From: Candidatus Nanohaloarchaea archaeon
GTDB taxonomy: Archaea > Nanohalarchaeota > Nanosalinia > Nanosalinales > Nanosalinaceae
Direction: 5' to 3'
Assembly: GCA_041640035.1 (NCBI GenBank)
Contig: JBEQBC010000001.1
Coordinates: 204,111-268,110, forward strand
DNA length: 64,000 nucleotides
The position numbers and the translations under genes are program-made. Shown here piece by piece: positions 56,880-64,000 of the stretch. Every line of letters begins with the position of its first letter. Position 1 is the first letter of the stretch. Below the pieces are notes generated by a model, which saw only the letters and a list, made by a program, of their open reading frames with translations, searched no databases and was not told the DNA's origin.

Positions 56880-57238
56880 ACACAGTCACAGAACTACTGG
56901 TAAAGCACTACTCGGAGCTTCAGGCACTGGCAGGACTACTGCTATTCAGCATCACAGCCAAGTACAGCTACATGATAACACAGAACCTTGACAAGCACAA
57001 GGATTACTCATTGACTAAGCTGTTCATCGACCGGAGAGCCACTGTCAGCTTCTGGGTGATATCGATATCGTCCCTGATTATGGCGTTCGGAATGGCTTTC
57101 GAGAACATCGGCAGAAGATCAGGAGACAACACCATGATATCCCTGGGTCTGTTAAGCACCGTGCTCATGATGCTGGGGATAGCATACTTCTCATCCATGA
57201 TTTACAGGATAACCTCCCAGCAAATGGAAGAGGAATAA
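56861..57238 (+). CDS. Small 3-TM membrane protein (pair 4, second gene)
   Basis: YSLTKLFIDRR loop; overlaps the partner's RWWRRF codons. Confidence 0.68.
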   Translation: MVETILDTVTELLVKHYSELQALAGLLLFSITAKYSYMITQNLDKHKDYSLTKLFIDRRATVSFWVISISSLIMAFGMAFENIGRRSGDNTMISLGLLSTVLMMLGIAYFSSMIYRITSQQMEEE

Positions 57239-57268
57239 CTTAAATTTTTGTTACCTTACCGGTAAAAC

Positions 57269-57709
57269 ATGAGCCAGGCTGAACCACAGGACTATGTTCT
57301 CAGTGATGACGAATTCGAAGTACTGGAGACAGAGGAAGAAGGAAGAATAACAAGTGAAGAAGTCAAAAAGAAACTTGAAAGACCTGGAGACCCGATCCTA
57401 GGACCTATAGAACAGGATGACTTCGACAAAAAAGGATACACGCTATCCGACTACTTCCTGATGGATGAAGATGCTTTTCCAAGGAATCTGAAAGACAAAG
57501 AAAACCTTCGTAACTTTGCAGCAACGGCAATCGGTGCAGGAGCTGCTTATGGAGGTTTCGAGCTACTGACCGGTGAAGCCATAGCATCCAGTTATGTAGT
57601 AGGAGCCGCGATAGCAGCCACATATATAGGTTACAGAACTCAGGAGATGGATCTTGATGAAGCATTTGACAATTCTCGCGAGTACTGGAGCGAAAAAATT
57701 TCGAGATAA
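57269..57709 (+). CDS. Hypothetical protein with C-terminal hydrophobic hairpin
   Basis: Acidic N-terminus; two Gly/Ala-rich segments. Confidence 0.65.
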   Translation: MSQAEPQDYVLSDDEFEVLETEEEGRITSEEVKKKLERPGDPILGPIEQDDFDKKGYTLSDYFLMDEDAFPRNLKDKENLRNFAATAIGAGAAYGGFELLTGEAIASSYVVGAAIAATYIGYRTQEMDLDEAFDNSREYWSEKISR

Positions 57710-57744
57710 GTACAAATTTAACACTCTGCACACAATTCTCTAAC

Positions 57745-58587
57745 ATGCAAATTAGACTCGGAGCACATGTCTCAATCTCGGGAGGAATGGATAAAGCAGT
57801 TGAACGACAGGAAGATATCGGAGGTAACTGCGGACAGATATTCGCCGGAAGCCCCCGTACCTGGAGCGTATCAGAATACTCAACTGAAGAAGGAGAAAAC
57901 TTCCAAGAACTACGGGATGAAGAAGATCAGAACCCATATGTAATCCACTCAACCTACCTGGTTAATCTGGGAACACCGAAAGACGATTTATTCGAAAAAT
58001 CTTTGAACTGTCTTCAGTCGGAACTGGATGCGGCTGAAAAACTTGGAGTAGAGTATCTGGTTTTCCATCCCGGAGCGCACACCGGTTCAGGCCGTGAAAA
58101 CGGTATAGAACGAATCGCAGAGGGAATTGACGAACTGGACATCCCGGAGAATGTTACTCTACTGCTTGAGAACACTGCCGGAAAAGGAACCACACTGGGT
58201 AAATCGATGGGCGAGCTCAGAGAAATGATCCAGAAAGCTGACACGGACGACGAAAAGCTTGGAGTCTGCATAGACACCTGCCACGCACACGCAGCCGGCT
58301 ACGATCTAGCAAGCAGTGAAGGATTCGAAGACTTCATACAAGAAATCAAAGAAGACATCGGACTTGACATGATCAAAGTTCTACACCTGAACGACTCGAA
58401 AGACGAACTTGGTAGCGAAAAGGATAACCACCAACACATCGGAGAAGGAAACATCGGAGAGGAAGGATTCCGTAATGTAGTGAACGCAGACGAGTTTGAG
58501 GATTTGCCGATGGTTCTGGAGACACCGACTTCAGACGGTAAAAGCTACGAAGAGAATCTTGAGAAGATCCTGGAACTCAGAAACTAA
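57745..58587 (+). CDS. nfo: Endonuclease IV
   Basis: LGAHVSI.GG, HPG, LENTAG, CIDTCH, HLNDSK, LETP. Confidence 0.96.
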   Translation: MQIRLGAHVSISGGMDKAVERQEDIGGNCGQIFAGSPRTWSVSEYSTEEGENFQELRDEEDQNPYVIHSTYLVNLGTPKDDLFEKSLNCLQSELDAAEKLGVEYLVFHPGAHTGSGRENGIERIAEGIDELDIPENVTLLLENTAGKGTTLGKSMGELREMIQKADTDDEKLGVCIDTCHAHAAGYDLASSEGFEDFIQEIKEDIGLDMIKVLHLNDSKDELGSEKDNHQHIGEGNIGEEGFRNVVNADEFEDLPMVLETPTSDGKSYEENLEKILELRN

Positions 58588-58732
58588 GCTTTACCCAGTT
58601 CAATTTCATCATTATTTTTTCTCTTCTATAGGCACAGTTCTTTTAAGCCTGACAATTTATTTGGTTTTTGAAGACAAAAATTTGAACAACTTGAGGAAAA
58701 ACCTTCAGTTTTTTCTCGAAACTAACTAAGAT

Positions 58733-59245
58733 GTGAAATTTATGACGGAAATACAACAAGACCAACGAGTGGGCGTCTATGTAGATGTCCAAAATATGTA
58801 CTACAGTGCAAAAAATCTATACAGTGCAAAAGTCGACTTCGACAAGCTACTTGACTCTGCAGTAATGAACAGAGACCTCATCAGAGCAGCAGCATATGTA
58901 ATCGCAGCTGACACACCTGATGAAGAAAACTTCTTCGAAGCCCTACGCAGAATAGGCTACGAAGTCAAGATCAAACAGCTTAAAGAGTTCTACGGCGGAG
59001 AAAAGAAAGGAGACTGGGATGTAGGAATCACAGTAGACATGATCCAACAAGCCAAAAAACTCGATACAGTAGTCCTAGTCACAGGAGACGGAGACTTCGA
59101 AGTAGTAGTCGAACACCTCAAATCCATGGGCTGCCGTGTAGAAGTAATGAGCTTCGGAAGAAGCAGCGCCAAAGAGATCAGAGAAGCAGCAGACAACTTC
59201 ATCGACATGGACGAAAACTCCGACAAGTACCTTGTCAACCACTAA
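58733..59245 (+). CDS. NYN-domain (LabA/DUF88) protein
   Basis: VDVQN, KGDWDV, TGDGDF. Confidence 0.92.
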   Translation: MKFMTEIQQDQRVGVYVDVQNMYYSAKNLYSAKVDFDKLLDSAVMNRDLIRAAAYVIAADTPDEENFFEALRRIGYEVKIKQLKEFYGGEKKGDWDVGITVDMIQQAKKLDTVVLVTGDGDFEVVVEHLKSMGCRVEVMSFGRSSAKEIREAADNFIDMDENSDKYLVNH

Positions 59246-59260
59246 GGTGACAAACTAGCT

Positions 59261-60421
59261 ATGAAAAATATACAAGAACTATCAGCAGAAGAGATCGCAA
59301 ACAACGAACATGCAAAAGCCGATAAAACACAGTCAATCTCCCAGATCAAAAACAAAATGGAGGAAAACAACCTCCTAGCAATCCCAGTAACAGAAGAAGG
59401 AAAATTCAAGGGAGCAATAGGATACAGAGACCTTATCCGGCATATCCAGTTCAATCCTAACAAAACAAAACTGGAGAAAGTCATGCATCAACCACCGGAA
59501 TACGAGAACGGAGACAACCTGGTCGAACTAGCAGACCTTCGAATCAACTCAGGCCGCAAAATGCTGGTCCGAACAGAAGGAAACAAACTCAAAGGAGTAA
59601 TCGGAGAAAGCGAATTCCTGGAAGCACTTGACCAAGTGGATGAGGCACAGGACCTATCTACACGAGACCTTGCAACCTACGAAGTACTCACAGTATTTGA
59701 AGAGGACTCCGTGGAACAGGCACGGCACAAACTGCTGGACAACAACATCTCCCGTCTACCAGTACTTGACAACGACGGAAACCTGGTCGGAAAGATCAGC
59801 AGCATCGACATGCTGAAAACACTAGTACCAAGGGAAGGACAGGACGCAGGAGGAAACACACGGACAAAGCAGACAGAGAACCGTGGCGGAAACGAAAAAG
59901 ACAAGCTCTCCAGCATTCCCGTCAAAGAAGTAATGGATCGCACACCGACGGTAATGGAAGGTCATGGAGAAGCAGGAGAAGCCATCGACAAGATGATCAA
60001 GAACAACTCGAAAGAAGTCATCATCACCGACAGAGAATACCCTGAAGCAATCATCACAGTCAAGGACTTCCTGAAACACTTCAACGACAAGTACAACTTC
60101 CAAGACACCGTACTGGTCAATCTGATCGGACTGGAAGTCGACGAAGAAAAAGCAGCTGTACACGACAAGATTGAGAACCAGCTAAGAGGCTCGCTCGGAA
60201 GGAAACTGGACCGACCTGAAGAACTAAGCCTACACATCAAGAAATCCGAGAAAGACGGAAAGAAACACCGACATGAAATTGTAGCCAAGCTCTACAGTGA
60301 ATACGGCGTTACCACTTCAAATGTAGAAGATTGGGAACTTCTTGACGCAGTAGACACAGCGCTGGACGAACTGAACACGCAGATCAGAAAGAAGAAAGAG
60401 AAGCAGGAAGAGAGAAGATAG
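59261..60421 (+). CDS. Four-CBS protein with C-terminal HPF/RaiA-like domain
   Basis: CBS repeats (ISRLPVLD..G.LVG); C-terminal LSLHIK...HEIVAKL...WELLDAVDTALDELNTQIRK resembles HPF. Confidence 0.78.
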   Translation: MKNIQELSAEEIANNEHAKADKTQSISQIKNKMEENNLLAIPVTEEGKFKGAIGYRDLIRHIQFNPNKTKLEKVMHQPPEYENGDNLVELADLRINSGRKMLVRTEGNKLKGVIGESEFLEALDQVDEAQDLSTRDLATYEVLTVFEEDSVEQARHKLLDNNISRLPVLDNDGNLVGKISSIDMLKTLVPREGQDAGGNTRTKQTENRGGNEKDKLSSIPVKEVMDRTPTVMEGHGEAGEAIDKMIKNNSKEVIITDREYPEAIITVKDFLKHFNDKYNFQDTVLVNLIGLEVDEEKAAVHDKIENQLRGSLGRKLDRPEELSLHIKKSEKDGKKHRHEIVAKLYSEYGVTTSNVEDWELLDAVDTALDELNTQIRKKKEKQEERR

Positions 60422-60447
60422 GTTCGTCTCTCTATTTTTTTCTTTTT

Positions 60448-60810
60448 TTATTGCTGTCCTAGTTCTTCATTCTCCATTTTCTCAAGTTTACTGTCTTGAG
60501 ACATTCCGAACTTGTTGATAAGGTTCTCAAAGGACATCACTGTCCAAATCATGTATATGAACACGAAGATCAGTGCCAGGTACAGTGGTATCCGGGCGAC
60601 TGTGCTGCTGGACCACATTATGTTGTACATACCCCAGTAAAGCACATAGATATCTAGTACAAGTATTACAAGCATCAGTCTGCGGGAGAACTCCTTTACG
60701 AGCTCCTCATCTGTCCGGCTGTAAGCACTGAAAACCAGTAAGAGACTGATTAGTCCGATAGTAAATGTTATAGAAGTACTGACAGCCAACATCAAAACAT
60801 CCTGAGCCAT
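60448..60810 (-). CDS. Small 3-TM membrane protein
   Basis: Three hydrophobic segments. Confidence 0.65.
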   Translation of the reverse strand: MAQDVLMLAVSTSITFTIGLISLLLVFSAYSRTDEELVKEFSRRLMLVILVLDIYVLYWGMYNIMWSSSTVARIPLYLALIFVFIYMIWTVMSFENLINKFGMSQDSKLEKMENEELGQQ

Positions 60811-60845
60811 ATACTAGAACTTGATAGAATCCGCCTTAAATAGGT

Positions 60846-62009
60846 TCAACCTGCTTTAGCCACTTGTACCACTCTCAACTCCCGCTCACCGCTGTAACCG
60901 TCTCTGAAATCCTCCAGATCATGACTGCCAGCAACCACTATCAATATCTCGTCACGGGAAACATCGATCGAAATAAGATCTTCTCCAAAGAAATCCTCCG
61001 CAGACTGCCTTACATCATGTTCGGAACTGTATCCCTGGAAACCGTTCAAAGTAGCGTATCCTACCTGGAAAGCAAACAACATGATCAGTATAATCGACAA
61101 TGGAACCACAAACTGGATCCTCTCGGCCTCCTTCTTCTTGTAATAAGTGGAAGGCTGGAAACCTAAAAGCTGGAAAGTAAAGTAACCGGAAATAATCAAC
61201 GCAAGTATATTGATAACTGCTACCACCGCTGCATCGACTGCGAACGCCAGGTTCATCATCTTCAAACCGATACCAGCAGAGGCCAGTGGCGGAACAAGAG
61301 CGACAGCCACAGCAACACCAGCAACCTGATCACGGAGACCTGTAGTAAAGGTTAAGGCAGCTGCCGATCCAACAAGCAGTGAAAGAAGTATACTGACCAT
61401 TCCTGGCGAAACGATAAGCTCCAGTGTGGAGTTGATCTGAACCGGTACCGGAAGAACAGCCAAGAAAGCGACGGCAACAGAAATAACCACGCTCTTGATA
61501 CCGTAATGCAGTGAGTCCTTCATCAATGATCTATCGCCGATTACAAGCGAGAAAGCACCTGAGACAAACGGGCTGAGCATCGGAGCAAGCATCATCGCAC
61601 CTACAACGACAATAACATTATTTAGGGCAAGCCCGTAAGCAGCTATCGCTGATGAAAGGGCTACTAATCCCCATTCAGATCTGCTGAACTCTGAAGACTC
61701 CTGCGCCTTGCTGTATATCTCTTCCTGTGAAAGAGACTGCGAGGAACCTTTTGTCTTCTGTCCTTTCTCTATCAGGCTTTCCTGTTCAATTACTCGTATC
61801 GAGAGATCTCCTGAGGGAATAGATTTGATGCTTTTCAGGTCTTCAGTTATTTGATCCAGGTCATCTGCTTCAGCTGTCAGGGAGAACTCGATAGATTTCT
61901 CATCATTCATCTCCGCTTTTTTAGAACTGATATCATTGCTGTAGTCATCGAGAACTTCCTTCACTTTCTTCTTCTGGTCCCAGGGTGCGGTTACCTGTAG
62001 ATGACGCAT
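60846..62009 (-). CDS. TIGR00341/DUF389 membrane protein
   Basis: IAAYGL, VVGAMMLAP, GVAVAVALVPP. Confidence 0.88.
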   Translation of the reverse strand: MRHLQVTAPWDQKKKVKEVLDDYSNDISSKKAEMNDEKSIEFSLTAEADDLDQITEDLKSIKSIPSGDLSIRVIEQESLIEKGQKTKGSSQSLSQEEIYSKAQESSEFSRSEWGLVALSSAIAAYGLALNNVIVVVGAMMLAPMLSPFVSGAFSLVIGDRSLMKDSLHYGIKSVVISVAVAFLAVLPVPVQINSTLELIVSPGMVSILLSLLVGSAAALTFTTGLRDQVAGVAVAVALVPPLASAGIGLKMMNLAFAVDAAVVAVINILALIISGYFTFQLLGFQPSTYYKKKEAERIQFVVPLSIILIMLFAFQVGYATLNGFQGYSSEHDVRQSAEDFFGEDLISIDVSRDEILIVVAGSHDLEDFRDGYSGERELRVVQVAKAG

Positions 62010-62058
62010 CTATCTTTCAAGTCAATTTAATCAGAAGTTAGGATAAAAATAGAATGGT

Positions 62059-63852
62059 TTAAACCGTGACCTTCAGTAAACCGGACTCATACGATGATAG
62101 AATTTGACCGGCTAGCTCCGACTGCTTAGTGATGGATACCTCCCCTTTCTTTCCGACAGTCGCTGCGAACAGGAAGTCGTCACCACTGTAAACATCCAGT
62201 TCTTTTCCACTGAACTCGGTACCTACATCGATGACAACGCTGTTCCCTCTTTCCTCAACCTGGAAATTGATCTCATCCTTCAAAGTACTTCCACGAGGCT
62301 CAACAGTGATGCTAAGACCTAATTCATCTTCAAGCGCATCAATGTTCTCTCCACCGCTACCGATGATATGTGGGATATCTTCTTCATCAACCAGCAGCTT
62401 CACATGGTTGTCAGAGATAAATTCTATGTCAGGGTTGTCTACTCTTCCCTGGAGTTCATGTCTCAATTGTTTCCGTGCTAGTTCTTGGGCTTTGGATTCT
62501 TCCTGTGCTTCATCTACAGGTACTACTACGGTTTCCTCTCCGTAAGTGTAGATCTCGTACTCAGGCTTCTTGGAATCGAAGTCTCTTATCTCGATTACAG
62601 GTCTTGCTAGGTCTTCCTCTGTCATACCGGATGGAACCTTTACTCTTAGGCTTACATCGTAAACCTTCGCAATATCTGCGTTCTGGATATGGATGACGGT
62701 GTCTACTACCTGTGGAATCATTCCGAGTTCGACTCGTCCGATCAGTCTCTGTACTGCATCGACTGCCTGACTTGCGTGGACAATTCCGATCATTCCGACT
62801 CCAGCCATACGCATATCACTGTAAACCTCGAAGTCGCTTGTCTTCCTGACCTCGTCGAATACCGTGTAGTCAGGTCTTGCGAGAAGCAGGAAGTCTCCAG
62901 TGTTCTCCATGCTGTCCTCCAGATCCTTATACTGCGTGATGTTCGGTCCTACATCGAGGTCACGCGGTTTCTCCATGGTCTTGACTACTTCTCCTTGTTC
63001 TTCGTAGTATTCTGCCAGTGCCTGTGCGAATGTTGATTTTCCATGGCCTGGTGCTCCTGCTACAAGGATTCCTTCGGCTTCTGTCTTTAATCGGGTCATG
63101 AGTTCTTCACTCATGGTGTAGTCGTCTAGGCCGACTTTGGCTACAGGTCTTACTGCGGTTATCTCGGCTTTCTCGGAGAACGATGGTCTTGTGATGGCTA
63201 TTCGGTATCTTCCGATCTGTACGACTGTTGCTCCGTCTTTCTCCATCTCGATAAGTCCTTCGTCGCTGATCTCTGCTTTCTCGATGGTCTCGGAGATTAT
63301 TCTATCTATATCTTCCTTGCTGAGAGGCTTATCTCTTATATTCTGTAGTTCGAACTGTCCTGGTAGACCTCTCTTGGCCTTTGGTACTGCGTCCTGTTTC
63401 AGGTGGACGCTCATGGTTTCATCGTCGAAGTATTCTGTAAGTGAGAACTCTGTTACTCTTTCCTTTTCGAATAATCTGTGGTTGATTCCTTTGGCGTCCG
63501 CTACCCGTGCCTGTACTATATCCCCGGTGTAAAGTGTGGCTTCCTGTTCTTCAGCGATATCACGGATTAATGCGTCAATCCTTCCGTTGTTCGCTAGCCT
63601 GATCTCTTCTTCTGTCGGTTTGCGGCCTGTGAAGGATACTTCTAACCCTTTTTCTTCTGCAATTTTCCTTATCTTTTTGATCTCTTCGAGGCCTTTGTAC
63701 CCGGTTTCCTGTCCTTTGTTCGCCTGGTTCTCAAGTTCATCTACAACGAACTCAGGTATCAGTATCTCTGCCTCTATCTCACCCTGTTCCATTAGGTCTG
63801 AAAGCTTTCCGTCGATAAGAATTGAGGTGTCGGGTACAATCTTGTCGGTCAT
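62059..63852 (-). CDS. PIN-domain/VirB11-like ATPase with KH domain (PINA family)
   Basis: VPDTS PIN domain; GAPGHGKST; DEVR; IIGSGG KH. Confidence 0.92.
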   Translation of the reverse strand: MTDKIVPDTSILIDGKLSDLMEQGEIEAEILIPEFVVDELENQANKGQETGYKGLEEIKKIRKIAEEKGLEVSFTGRKPTEEEIRLANNGRIDALIRDIAEEQEATLYTGDIVQARVADAKGINHRLFEKERVTEFSLTEYFDDETMSVHLKQDAVPKAKRGLPGQFELQNIRDKPLSKEDIDRIISETIEKAEISDEGLIEMEKDGATVVQIGRYRIAITRPSFSEKAEITAVRPVAKVGLDDYTMSEELMTRLKTEAEGILVAGAPGHGKSTFAQALAEYYEEQGEVVKTMEKPRDLDVGPNITQYKDLEDSMENTGDFLLLARPDYTVFDEVRKTSDFEVYSDMRMAGVGMIGIVHASQAVDAVQRLIGRVELGMIPQVVDTVIHIQNADIAKVYDVSLRVKVPSGMTEEDLARPVIEIRDFDSKKPEYEIYTYGEETVVVPVDEAQEESKAQELARKQLRHELQGRVDNPDIEFISDNHVKLLVDEEDIPHIIGSGGENIDALEDELGLSITVEPRGSTLKDEINFQVEERGNSVVIDVGTEFSGKELDVYSGDDFLFAATVGKKGEVSITKQSELAGQILSSYESGLLKVTV

Positions 63853-63913
63853 AATTATTTTTTCCTTATGTACTGGTTTGGCTCAAAGTTTGAAAAAGAT
63901 GTTATCCGATGTT

Positions 63914-64000
63914 TCAGGGACCGTCTCTGCTCATGTATCTGTCAACAAGTTCTCTGTCGGTGTACTGAGCTACCATATCTTGGTTCCCTGGGATGTACGG
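63914..64000 (-). CDS. 3' end of a gene continuing beyond the window (partial)
   Basis: Open frame ...PYIPGNQDMVAQYTDRELVDRYMSRDGP*. Confidence 0.4.
   Translation of the reverse strand, partial: PYIPGNQDMVAQYTDRELVDRYMSRDGP

Noticed and set aside
1-64000. CRISPR array, IS element, integrase, rRNA
   Set aside because: No regularly spaced repeats, transposase or integrase motifs, or rRNA-like tracts were seen.

Overview
Archaeal chromosomal window. The very acidic proteome, moderate GC, compact genes, exosome and class II LysRS point to a Nanohaloarchaeota (DPANN) genome; this is an inference. It holds mostly housekeeping genes: proS, psmA/psmB, aCPSF1/FttA, the exosome superoperon (SBDS-rrp4-rrp41-rrp42-rpl37ae-rpoP-pcc1-pfdB), lysS, nfi, nfo, glmS, sod, UvrD/AddB-like and PINA, plus three tRNAs (Ile-UAU and Trp with introns, Ala-GGC). 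Standout observations: (1) A 4.7-16 kb cluster of divergent amide-forming enzymes (GNAT, ATP-grasp, two glutamate-cysteine-ligase-like). Three are directly followed by an amide hydrolase, and all four are preceded by an unannotated TATA-proximal 21-30 aa leader ORF. Three of these leaders end in Phe/Tyr, Phe or Ile runs followed by a hairpin; the fourth is homologous to the leader of a distant class I glutamine amidotransferase gene. (2) A solitary AT-rich UG/Abi-like reverse transcriptase (YNDD) inserted after proS. (3) Four dispersed tandem pairs of related small membrane proteins. (4) An AT-rich Tat-signal serine protease cassette. All calls come from motif reading by eye; no searches were run.
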